From contig WRAG01000006.1 in the NCBI GenBank assembly GCA_009780345.1, positions 547-64,546 on the forward strand: 64,000 nt of DNA, written 5' to 3'. Position 1 is the stretch's first letter. Each line of letters begins with the position of its first letter. The translations under genes were made by a program, and so were the position numbers. Of this stretch, positions 39,001 through 48,101 are shown in pieces. The notes beneath the pieces are model-generated. The model saw only the letters and a program-made list of their open reading frames with translations. It ran no database searches and was not told the DNA's origin. This DNA is from Oscillospiraceae bacterium (GTDB taxonomy: Bacteria > Bacillota > Clostridia > Monoglobales > WRAG01).

Positions 39001-39885
39001 CACAAAAACTTTTGAAAAAAGTTTTGCAAAATTTGCGCCTGCGGCGCGGGATTTGTAGGACTTTGCCCTAAAACCCATTATTCAGAGCGAGGCTCTGCGG
39101 GCATCGTGTCACTGATTCGGCAAAAAGCGCCGAGGAAACGGCATAATGTAATGCCACGCGCTAAAGCGCGGGCTGCCGTTACCGGACGGGCGATAAGGGC
39201 TCTGCCCTTATCAATCCCGGTCGCCTATGGACGCAAACGCCAAAAAACGGCGACAACAGTTGAAACTCCTCGCATAAAGCGCTTCGGAGGGCTAAATCTC
39301 TAAGCAGTAAACTGCTAAGAGCTTTATGCCAAGCCGGCGACGATAAAACTGGGTTAGCGAACCGCATTCGCGGTAAATGAGACTTAGCTTGCGTATTATG
39401 CAAGCTGTAGTCGAATTATCCAGTGAGCGTAAGCGAGTCGGGAAAGATTAGCGAGATATAACACCGTTTCAGTCGAGATTGCGGCTTTTGCCGCCGCACA
39501 TGCTAAACTGAGAAGATATTGTTTGCAGTCCTCATATAGCGGCGCGCTTTTAATAGCGCCATAGCGCGTTTGCGCCGCAAGGTTGGCATAAAGGCTCTTA
39601 GCAGTTTACTGCTTAGAGTTTTAGCCCTCCGAAGCGTTGTTTGCGAGGAGTTTCATTATTTTTTTTGAAAAAATTTTTGGGGCTTGAGGCAGAACCGTCG
39701 AAATCTTGATTTCGCGAACGGTTCGTCCTTAAGGGTTTCCCAAGAAAACGAGTCGTTTGTTGACGAAGTTTGATTGGTCGAAACCTACTGCAAGGGTGTC
39801 AACACACCCTTGTCGTCCTGCGCTGACAAGCGCAAAACACTCGCCGCCGCAGCGGCAAAAAGGGTTTTTAGGGCAAATGTCCTTG
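39001..39885. repeat. Large composite family-B element with nested inverted repeats
   Basis: tgccctaaaa / ttttagggca near the termini; ~72-bp IR 39261-39332 / 39583-39655; core 39539-39578. Confidence 0.8.
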
Positions 39886-39923
39886 ACAAAGTAAAAATAA
39901 TGATATAGAAAGGATTGGTTAAA

Positions 39924-41339
39924 ATGAAGAAAGTTATAGCTTTATTTGTTATGTTGATAATGGTTTTTTCTGCTATTACCGCATTTGCAGATGGACCGGA
40001 GTTTAATCGGCTTTGGTTTATGCAAAATATTATCGCCGACAATAATTTGTATGCGGAAGTTGACGGAGAATATCTTTTCGCGCTTGCGCTTAGGGAAATT
40101 TTAGATAATCATCCCGAGCTTTACGAATTGGCGGCGCGGGCGATGCTTTCGGGGATTGACGAGAATTCGGTTTTCCGAAACAGAGAGGAAACGCGCGATT
40201 GGTTTGAGGCGCTTGAAGGAGAGTTTGGCGGAATCGGGGTTCATGTGCTGCAAGTTGCGCGGGGGCTTTTGATAACCGGACTTATTCCCGGCGGCGCGGC
40301 GATGGACGCGGGAATAATGCTTGACGACGTTATAATCGCGGCGAATGGCACATCTTTTGAAGGACTTACGCAAGATCAGATGGTTAGCCATGTTCGCGGC
40401 GAGGTTGGATCTGAGGTTCAAATTTCAGTTCGACGTTCGGGAGAGCATTACCCGCTTAACTTCACGGTTACGCGGAGGATTGTGGAAGAAGTTCCGGTAA
40501 TATATGAAATTTTAGAAGATTATGACATTATGCATTTGAGAGTTCTAACGTTTAACTCAAGAACCGATACATACGTTGAAGCGGCACTTGCGGCGGCTGA
40601 CGAGGCGGGAATCACGAAAATTTTGTTGGATTTGCGCAATAACGCCGGCGGATTTATGGAGCAAGCAGTTCTGCTTGCGAATAGGTTTGTATATGGCGAA
40701 CGAGTGATTGTGACCGAGCGATATAGAGAAGGAGTGGACGATGAAGTTTTCGTATCTTCCCTTGTTTATAAGAAGTACGACGTTGTTGTGCTTGTGAACG
40801 AACGTTCGGCGTCAGCGGCAGAGGTTGTCGCGGGCGCGATTGCCGACAACGAAGTCGGCCCTGTTGTTGGAACCCGCACGTTCGGAAAAGCGACTATTCA
40901 ACGGTGGAACACAATGCCGTGGGGCGAGTCAATCGTATATACGATTGCACATTATTTAACGCCCAACGGATATTTCATACATGGAAACGGAATTATTCCT
41001 GACGTTTTGGTTACAAACACACCGGAGAGGTTTAATGTTGAGGAATTCGGAAGATTTTCGTTCGAGGCTGACTATTGGTTAGGGTCTCGAGGCGAGAATG
41101 TAAGGCTTGCGAGAGAGGCGCTTAGGGTTCTTAACATACATATCAGCGATGTTTACAGCGAGTATTTTGACGAAAATTTGCGAGATGCGTTGATTACGTT
41201 TCAGTATAGCGCGGGACTTTATCAAAGCGGAATGCTTTGCGTAAATACGCAAGTAAATTTGTATATTCGGTTGCAAAACGCCATGGTTGTTGTGGATAGG
41301 CAGTTTGAAGTCGGACTTAGACTTTTGTCGGAGATGTAA
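39924..41339 (+). CDS. S41 carboxyl-terminal protease (CtpA-like): PDZ plus PG-binding domain
   Basis: FGGIG, LDLRNNAGG, SASAAEVVAG, GTRTFGK. Confidence 0.9.
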   Translation: MKKVIALFVMLIMVFSAITAFADGPEFNRLWFMQNIIADNNLYAEVDGEYLFALALREILDNHPELYELAARAMLSGIDENSVFRNREETRDWFEALEGEFGGIGVHVLQVARGLLITGLIPGGAAMDAGIMLDDVIIAANGTSFEGLTQDQMVSHVRGEVGSEVQISVRRSGEHYPLNFTVTRRIVEEVPVIYEILEDYDIMHLRVLTFNSRTDTYVEAALAAADEAGITKILLDLRNNAGGFMEQAVLLANRFVYGERVIVTERYREGVDDEVFVSSLVYKKYDVVVLVNERSASAAEVVAGAIADNEVGPVVGTRTFGKATIQRWNTMPWGESIVYTIAHYLTPNGYFIHGNGIIPDVLVTNTPERFNVEEFGRFSFEADYWLGSRGENVRLAREALRVLNIHISDVYSEYFDENLRDALITFQYSAGLYQSGMLCVNTQVNLYIRLQNAMVVVDRQFEVGLRLLSEM

Positions 41340-41442
41340 AATCAGGCACGCCTGCACCATAAAAAACACGAAATGTGAACAAATTGTAAAAATTTGGCAA
41401 AAACTATTGACAAAAAAATTTAATATTCGAAAATCACCTTTG

Positions 41443-41468
41443 AAAGCCTGCGAATGCAGGCTTTTTTT
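41443..41468 (+). terminator. Intrinsic terminator after the ctpA-like gene
   Basis: aaagcctgc-gaat-gcaggcttttttt. Confidence 0.75.
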
Positions 41469-41583
41469 GTGCTTTTGAAAGATTTTGCAAAATTTGGAAA
41501 ATGTTGTTAACTGAACCCTTTCTCGTGCTAAAGTGTGTTTGTGAAGCGCATCACAAAAAATTTTTCAAGGAGGTTTGGGAATT

Positions 41584-42117
41584 ATGGAATACCCAAAAGT
41601 CGGCAAAATCGACGACACATATGAAGTTGAAAACGCCGAAAAGACGCAAGAAACTGCGAAAGCGGACGAGACAGAGTACGCAAACGACTACGAAGCGGCA
41701 AACGAAGAGCGATTCATTCAATTTCTTCAAAACTTACCCGAAGTTCAGGAGCTTATCCGAGGATACTGCAAATACGAAAGAGAAGTTGCAGACAATATGA
41801 TGCGGGAAGATTTTGAGAAAATTAAAGAAGCTTATCCCGAGGTTAAAGCGACCTGTGTCGCGGACTTGGGCGAGGAATATTGCAAACTTGTCGCGATGCA
41901 ATATGATCCTGTTGTCGCGTATGAAGCAGTTCGGGCGAAAGCTTTGCGAGAAACGAAAAATCCGCCGCCGTATATCGGCGCAGTCAACAACACAGACGGC
42001 GAGGAAAAAGATTATTATTCTCCCGAAGAGGTGGACAAGCTTACTCGTGAGGATTTTAGAAAAAATCCGAGGTTGCTTGATGTTGTTCAACGATCAATGC
42101 GGAAGTGGGCGGAGTAA
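41584..42117 (+). CDS. Putative capsid scaffolding protein
   Basis: Acidic helical protein directly before the capsid gene, basic C-terminus (RSMRKW); AAGGAGG RBS. Confidence 0.6.
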   Translation: MEYPKVGKIDDTYEVENAEKTQETAKADETEYANDYEAANEERFIQFLQNLPEVQELIRGYCKYEREVADNMMREDFEKIKEAYPEVKATCVADLGEEYCKLVAMQYDPVVAYEAVRAKALRETKNPPPYIGAVNNTDGEEKDYYSPEEVDKLTREDFRKNPRLLDVVQRSMRKWAE

Positions 42118-42178
42118 ATCTGCCTAAAAGAGTACAAATTGTATCAAAAAAATCAAAATTCAAAGGAGAGATTTAAAA

Positions 42179-43009
42179 ATGGCTTATTCAAAATTTAAAC
42201 CAACTGTATGGAGCGAAAACATACAACGGCAATTGGAAGGGCACTTAGTTCTAAAGCAAGACTGTGATTTTGGGTATGACGGCGACGCGAAACGCGGTGA
42301 GAAAGTTAAAATTTTGGGAATCGGACGTCCGACGGTGGGCGATTACACCGGCGACGACATAGGCGCACCCGAAACGGTTGACGGAACCGCTATGTTCCTT
42401 GAAATCGACCAGGCAAAGTTTTTTAACTTTATGATTGACGACGTTGACCGAGCGCAAGCAATAAACGGACTTATGGAATCACTTGTCAAGGAAAGCGCGG
42501 CGGCGCTTGCAACCGAGGCGGATTCGCATATCGCTAAAGTTATCTACGAGGAAGCGATTGACACGACTACCGATAACGCGACACCGAGCACGAAAATTGC
42601 CACCGCCGAAGCGGCGAAGAAAATGGTTGACAAAGCGTTCGAACGACTTTGGGCGAACGGCGTTCAGACAAACGACACGATTACAATCACTATTTCGCCG
42701 TGGTTCTATAACCTGTTTAAAGATAGGTTGACCGAACTTGCGAGCAACAACGTTGATCTGATCAGACAAGGCGCGATTGGGATGTACAACAACGCGCTTG
42801 TGCGATTATCGAACAATTTGCATAATGACGGAACCGACGATTTTATGATTGTTCGAACAAACAACGCTATCGCTTACGCGGGTCAGATTGATGAGACCGA
42901 AGCTTATCGCCCCGAAGGATTGTTTGCCGACGCGGTGAAAGGACTTTACACCTACGGCGCGAAAGTAGTTCGTCCGAAGGAAATGGTAGTACTAAGAGCG
43001 CATAAGTAG
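42179..43009 (+). CDS. Major capsid protein (P22-coat-like, HK97 fold)
   Basis: FKPTVWS, GEKVKI, IDQAKFFNFMIDDVD, FADAVKGLYTYGAKVVRP. Confidence 0.85.
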   Translation: MAYSKFKPTVWSENIQRQLEGHLVLKQDCDFGYDGDAKRGEKVKILGIGRPTVGDYTGDDIGAPETVDGTAMFLEIDQAKFFNFMIDDVDRAQAINGLMESLVKESAAALATEADSHIAKVIYEEAIDTTTDNATPSTKIATAEAAKKMVDKAFERLWANGVQTNDTITITISPWFYNLFKDRLTELASNNVDLIRQGAIGMYNNALVRLSNNLHNDGTDDFMIVRTNNAIAYAGQIDETEAYRPEGLFADAVKGLYTYGAKVVRPKEMVVLRAHK

Positions 43010-43039
43010 GCAGTTCAGAGGACAAGTAACATAAATTAT

Positions 43040-43144
43040 GTTTGCGTCAAATTGCGTAAGATTTCGTCGAAAACGTGAGGGAGCGTGTATATAAAATACC
43101 TGACCTCGCGTTTTCGGCGGAAGATTGCGTGATTTCACGCAAAC
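43040..43144 (-). repeat. Intergenic repeat family C, copy 2
   Basis: Reverse complement of 33493..33597. Confidence 0.88.
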
Positions 43145-43164
43145 CCCGAAAGGAGATGAACAGT

Positions 43165-43533
43165 TTGACTTGGTATGACATAAAATTAATTACACTACAA
43201 AAGATGTTTGCGTTGAATGGAGATCGAATTGTTGAGGACGACACCACCATGCCATATCTTTCAGCGATGCCTTATACTTGCAACGAAGGTTTGTCACTTT
43301 TGTACGCTGACGATGATAAGATTACACCGGTGACGCCTGACGATTACGAGTTTAAGTTGGACGATAAGGGCGCGGAATTGCTTCCGCTTTACATGGCATC
43401 GCAACTTTATAAAGACGAGGATGTCGGACTTGCCGCGATTTACCGCAACGAGTTCGAAGTTGGGCGAGAGCAGTATCTGCGAAGTGGTCAATCTGACGTT
43501 GGCGCGGCAAAGGTGGTGCGGCTTCGTGGTTAG
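43165..43533 (+). CDS. Putative head-tail adaptor
   Basis: MTWYDIKLITLQKMF...LLPLYMASQLYKDED..YRNEFE; position after capsid; AAGGAG RBS then TTG. Confidence 0.55.
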   Translation: MTWYDIKLITLQKMFALNGDRIVEDDTTMPYLSAMPYTCNEGLSLLYADDDKITPVTPDDYEFKLDDKGAELLPLYMASQLYKDEDVGLAAIYRNEFEVGREQYLRSGQSDVGAAKVVRLRG

Positions 43534-45496
43534 GTTTAACGTTCCGCCGACCGTTGGGCGCAAAGTGCTGAACATTGATAACTTTCGCGGTGTGGACTTA
43601 ACCAGTTCGCCAACGCAAGTAAGTTTATCACGGTCGCCCGAGGCGATAAATATGATACGTGACTCTGTCGGCAGTATACGCAAACGTATGGGCTATGAGA
43701 AAGTCGGAGAGTTTTCGAACAGAATACAAGGTGTATATACCTACAACGGAGAAACCATTATTCACGTGGGGCGGCGGCTTTTTGATATAAATGGAAATGA
43801 AATCGCCGATACGAATCACGCGATTGCGGCTTCCTCAAATTTTGTCGGATTTGAAATGGGCGGCAAGTTATATATCAAAGGTGTTACCGTCGGTGGCGCC
43901 GGCACCGGATACTTTGTATATGACGGAGAAACGATAAGACATGTTTCCGCCGCCGAGGTTGCATATGTTCCGCATGTGTTTGCCGGCAAAGGATTTGGCG
44001 GCGGAACGGCGTTAGTAACTCCGCAGGGCGGCGAGTTTGTGGAACCTTTTAATTTGATTGGATATAGATGGTCAGAAACTTTTGGCGGTGATATGCCGCT
44101 TTTTGACTTAGGAGGATCTGCTTTCGCGGACCTTGCAAGAAACACCACCTCTATAATAAGTGTTGAAATATTACAATCAAACGGCGAATGGGAAGAGCGC
44201 CCAGCCAACGCTTCCACAACTCCGGGAAATCCTCATAGAGTTCATTTTTGGACGCATATTACACGACCGTCGTATGTATTACTTGGCGAAGACTGGCTAC
44301 GAATTACTGCAGAATATAGACCCGCCGCAATTCCCGACAATGTAAGATCGTTCACGAGAACCAATATCATAGGATTTTCCGGTGTAAACGGAGCACGAAA
44401 CGTGGCACTTTTTACCGGTGATAGCGAAAATCCAAATCGGTTCTTCTATTCAAAGGAGGATAATCCGACTTACGTTCCCGATACAAATTTTACTGTTATC
44501 GGCGAACCGAACTCGGCGATTATGGGATTTTCTACTGTGGATGGCAGGCTTGCGGTACATAAAGACGGACGTGAGGACGTTGCGGTTTATATGTGCCAGG
44601 GCGAGTTTGACAAAGGCGATGACGGTATTTTGAAAACCATTTTTCGCACAATTGGCAGCGTAAAAGGCGACGGCGCAATTTCGCGGCGGTGTTTTTCGTC
44701 GTTGGATAACGACCCGCTATTCCTTACCCGAAACGGAGTGTTCTCGCTTACCGCCCGCGATATAATGGGCGGAATAATCGCGCAATCACGGAGTTATTTC
44801 GTAAACGGCGCGCTTAGAAACTTCTCGCCCGACGATCTCGCAACTGCGCACGCTTGCATTTATCGAGATTTTTATATGCTTTGCGTTGGCGGGCAAGTGT
44901 ATGTGCTTGACGGACTGCAAAAATCATACGAGCGGAACGAGCCGCAATCGGCTTTCCAGTACGAGTGCTATGTTTTGGACAATATAAAGGCTGATTTCAT
45001 GTGGACGCAAGGGGATGATTTGTATTTTGCGCATAATTCAGGCGGAGGGGGCGCGGGAGCAAGCGCGGTTTACAAATTTTTCTCGGATTCCGGCAATATA
45101 GAACATTTTAACGACGACGGCGAAGCGATTGAGTCATATTGGGATTTGCCCGAGCTGTACGGAAATTTATTTTATCGTAAAAAGACATTTATATATTTAG
45201 CGGTTCAGCTTGACGCGGCAATTGCGACCGGGCTTGAATTGTGGGCGCAAGTTCGCGGGTTTTGGAGGAAAATCGGCGAAAACTTCGTCCGCGGACGATA
45301 TTTTAGTTGGAGCAACATCAAGTGGAGCAGATGGACGTGGTCAACCGATAGAACAACTCGCACGCTTAGCCGAAAGTTCAGAATAAAAAAGGTGGATAAG
45401 GCGAGGTATCGTTTAATGAACAGAAATTTAAACGAACCGTTCGCGATTTACAGCGTCGCGCTTGAATACACCGAAAACGGAAAATACCAAAGATAG
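43526..45496 (+). CDS. Putative podoviral tail nozzle (tail tubular B / stabilisation protein)
   Basis: About 656 aa, beta-rich; IDNFRGVD..RSP..NM..G..RKRMG N-terminal pattern; gene order. Confidence 0.6.
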   Translation: MVRFNVPPTVGRKVLNIDNFRGVDLTSSPTQVSLSRSPEAINMIRDSVGSIRKRMGYEKVGEFSNRIQGVYTYNGETIIHVGRRLFDINGNEIADTNHAIAASSNFVGFEMGGKLYIKGVTVGGAGTGYFVYDGETIRHVSAAEVAYVPHVFAGKGFGGGTALVTPQGGEFVEPFNLIGYRWSETFGGDMPLFDLGGSAFADLARNTTSIISVEILQSNGEWEERPANASTTPGNPHRVHFWTHITRPSYVLLGEDWLRITAEYRPAAIPDNVRSFTRTNIIGFSGVNGARNVALFTGDSENPNRFFYSKEDNPTYVPDTNFTVIGEPNSAIMGFSTVDGRLAVHKDGREDVAVYMCQGEFDKGDDGILKTIFRTIGSVKGDGAISRRCFSSLDNDPLFLTRNGVFSLTARDIMGGIIAQSRSYFVNGALRNFSPDDLATAHACIYRDFYMLCVGGQVYVLDGLQKSYERNEPQSAFQYECYVLDNIKADFMWTQGDDLYFAHNSGGGGAGASAVYKFFSDSGNIEHFNDDGEAIESYWDLPELYGNLFYRKKTFIYLAVQLDAAIATGLELWAQVRGFWRKIGENFVRGRYFSWSNIKWSRWTWSTDRTTRTLSRKFRIKKVDKARYRLMNRNLNEPFAIYSVALEYTENGKYQR

Positions 45497-45508
45497 GAGG
45501 ATAAGATT

Positions 45509-46465
45509 ATGAAGATGAAAAGAATTACCAATGCGGATTTGCACGGAAGAGGCGTTTGGAATCAACCTGATACGCCGGGGCTAGACAGACTTGAAATGCA
45601 AAGAAAAGTTGAGGAAATCGCGCGCGAGGTTATTATTCCGGTGATAAACGATAATTCCGACACTTTTGAGCAATTTGCAGAAAACACAGATAACCGTCTT
45701 GACGAGAAAGCAGATAAAACCGACCTGCAAAGTCAACTCGACGAGAAAGCAGACCGATCAGAGCTTGCCGCCGAACGCACCGCACGAATTGCAGGCGATA
45801 ATGAGTTGCAAACGAACCTTAACGCGCATAGCGCCGACAACGTGCGGCATATCAACGTACAAGAACGTGCTAACTGGAACAATATGACACCAATTACTAT
45901 GTTTAACACACACAACAATGATAACGTGCGGCATATCACAGGAGCAGAACGCAATAGTTGGAACAATATGACCCCGGTTTCAACGTTTAATGCGCATGAT
46001 AATAACAATGTGCGGCATATCACGGCGCAAGAGCGAACCAATTGGAACAGTATGACGCCTATGTGGGTATTCGGCAATCATACTAACGATTTCGAAAAGC
46101 ATTTAAGTTTAACCGACCGTGAAACTTGGAACGCTAACATTAAAATGCTTGACGAAGTTCTAGACAATGTTAGAACTATCGCCGCCGGAGGAACCGGCGG
46201 ATTTGCCGGAGGTTGGAACGCAGGCGCAGGCAACGGCGGCGCAGTAGGGCGCACCGCAATGGCGGAGCATGGATTTGCCGGAGGCGCAAGCGCAAGGTCA
46301 ATGTCAAATAACAATATACAGTTAGGCAGCGGTGAAAATATAGACGAATTAACGTTTCAAGTCTACCAATTCTGTATGATGAACTCGGACGGAACCATTC
46401 CGCCCGAGCGAATTCCGCAAATCGGCGATATTTCTGCGTCGCTAACCGCGATATTGGGGGTGTAA
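45509..46465 (+). CDS. Putative tail fibre
   Basis: KAD coiled coil, four 28-aa HxxxNxRHITxxERxxWN repeats, Gly-rich C-terminus. Confidence 0.65.
   Translation: MKMKRITNADLHGRGVWNQPDTPGLDRLEMQRKVEEIAREVIIPVINDNSDTFEQFAENTDNRLDEKADKTDLQSQLDEKADRSELAAERTARIAGDNELQTNLNAHSADNVRHINVQERANWNNMTPITMFNTHNNDNVRHITGAERNSWNNMTPVSTFNAHDNNNVRHITAQERTNWNSMTPMWVFGNHTNDFEKHLSLTDRETWNANIKMLDEVLDNVRTIAAGGTGGFAGGWNAGAGNGGAVGRTAMAEHGFAGGASARSMSNNNIQLGSGENIDELTFQVYQFCMMNSDGTIPPERIPQIGDISASLTAILGV
45827..46132 (+). repeat. 84-bp coding tandem repeat (x4)
   Basis: Units start at 45827, 45911, 45995 and 46079. Confidence 0.85.
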
Positions 46466-46468
46466 GCG

Positions 46469-47020
46469 ATGAATAACGAAAATTTGACAATCGCCGAACA
46501 ATTAACTGCGGTGAATGATGTTAAGCACGAAATAAAAGACGCATTGGTTGATAAAGGCGTAGATATGACGAATGTTCCGTTTACCGAATACCCTTTGAGA
46601 GTCAAGGAAATACAAGGCGATGGAGTTGAACAAAATTTTCTCGATTTCGCGAACGGTAATAGTCATATAACCCTGCCAAAAGGACTTACTCGTTTAAGAC
46701 CATTTCTGTTCAACCCTCAATGTATAGAAATTTGGCGCGTCACGATTCCGGAAGGTGTAACATCAATAGAGTGGGGCTCTTTTACTAACACTCAAATAGG
46801 GCAAGTTGATTTCCCGAATAGCCTTGTAACTATAAATGGCTGGGCGTTTGAAAACTCCTCACTTTTTGGAGACATTAATCTTGGTAGCAATATTCAGTCG
46901 ATTGGAACCGACGCGTTTGTCGGAACTTGGGTTCAATCAATTACTATCAACAGGCCGCCGGGAAGCGTTAGTGGCGCGCCGTGGGGCGCGACGAACGCGA
47001 CGGTTATGTGGACAGGATAA
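46469..47020 (+). CDS. BspA-type leucine-rich repeat protein (possible receptor-binding)
   Basis: VTIPEGVTSIEWGSF, FPNSLVTINGWAF, SIGTDAF; GAPWGATNATV end. Confidence 0.75.
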   Translation: MNNENLTIAEQLTAVNDVKHEIKDALVDKGVDMTNVPFTEYPLRVKEIQGDGVEQNFLDFANGNSHITLPKGLTRLRPFLFNPQCIEIWRVTIPEGVTSIEWGSFTNTQIGQVDFPNSLVTINGWAFENSSLFGDINLGSNIQSIGTDAFVGTWVQSITINRPPGSVSGAPWGATNATVMWTG

Positions 47021-47067
47021 CAAAGCAGAATATATTCAATTGTAGAATTATAGAAAGGAGTGAGATT

Positions 47068-47229
47068 ATGCAAAAACTAAAAATGTTCAGACTCGTCGCC
47101 GAGGACGGAAAAATTTTGACCGACGGCAAGTTAAAAGGTTCGGTTGTCGATGTTTTGGAGGGAAAAGTTCAAGATTGGATGGAAATTGAAAACGAGGACG
47201 AGGAATTTGAAAATAAGGAGGAAAATTAA
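47068..47229 (+). CDS. Small phage-type hypothetical protein (53 aa)
   Basis: AAGGAG RBS; MQKLKMFRLVAEDGKILTDG...WMEI. Confidence 0.65.
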   Translation: MQKLKMFRLVAEDGKILTDGKLKGSVVDVLEGKVQDWMEIENEDEEFENKEEN

Positions 47230-47990
47230 TGAAAGTATTTTTAGATCCAGGGCATAACTTCGCCCCGCCTGATACCGGAGCAACCGGATTCGGGCTGCGC
47301 GAGCAGGATGTTACGTTTCAGGTTGCCGATACCGTTCGAGCGCTATTGGAACTTAGCGGCGTAGACGTTCGAATGAGCCGAAATAATCTAACCGACATTC
47401 TCGGACGAACGGTTACCGAAAGCCTTACGTTGCGCGCGCAAGGAAGCGACGACTTCGGCGCGGATTATTGCGTGTCAATTCATTGCAACGCCGGCGGCGG
47501 GATTGGCGCCGAAACTTATGCGTTTGTCAGCGGCAGTTTTGGCGATCAATTGGCGCAAAAAATTCAAGCACAACTGGTAAATATGGGCATGAGAAACCGC
47601 GGCGTTAAATACTCACAAGATTTGTTTATGTTACGCCGTCCGAAAGCGCCCGCGGTGCTCGTAGAGCTTGGATTTATCGACAACGCGAACGATAACGACA
47701 TTCTGCGAAATCGACAGTTTGATCTCGCCGAAGCGGTAACGAAAGGCATTTGCGAGCAGCTAAATATCGATTATAAAGGAGGCGAAGATGACGTGACAGA
47801 TGTTGTTGATACTACTGACACTAATGATGTTACTGATACAACAGAACATTGGGCGAAACAATATCTTGACAGCTTAACGGCGGCAGGCATTGTGGAAAAT
47901 CCCGAAAAGTGGGAAGATTTCGATAATCCGGTAACAAAAGGCTTGCTGCTTGCGCTGGTTGATAAAATGATGGATAATCTGAAAGGATGA
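47229..47990 (+). CDS. N-acetylmuramoyl-L-alanine amidase (Amidase_3, endolysin-like)
   Basis: FLDPGH, E..V, SIHCNA, AVLVELGFIDN; C-terminal HWAK SLH-like bit; no signal peptide. Confidence 0.88.
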   Translation: MKVFLDPGHNFAPPDTGATGFGLREQDVTFQVADTVRALLELSGVDVRMSRNNLTDILGRTVTESLTLRAQGSDDFGADYCVSIHCNAGGGIGAETYAFVSGSFGDQLAQKIQAQLVNMGMRNRGVKYSQDLFMLRRPKAPAVLVELGFIDNANDNDILRNRQFDLAEAVTKGICEQLNIDYKGGEDDVTDVVDTTDTNDVTDTTEHWAKQYLDSLTAAGIVENPEKWEDFDNPVTKGLLLALVDKMMDNLKG

Positions 47991-48101
47991 GAGATCGTGC
48001 AAAACGAAAGACAAAATTGGTTTAAAGAATGGGGATTTTTAATACTGAAAATCCTTAAAAAAATATTAAACTTCATAAAACACTAAAGAGAGGTGAAAAA
48101 C

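Noticed and set aside
42179-43009. Encapsulin nanocompartment
   Set aside because: Neighbours look like scaffold, tail and lysin genes rather than cargo enzymes, and the sequence resembles P22-type coat proteins.
43075-43525. Upstream starts given by the ORF track for 43075..43533 and 43421..45496
   Set aside because: The extensions run through a repeat or overlap the previous gene; RBS-supported starts are 43165 and 43526.
45509-47020. Diversity-generating retroelement acting on the fibre or LRR
   Set aside because: No reverse transcriptase and no template/variable repeat pair differing at adenines was seen.
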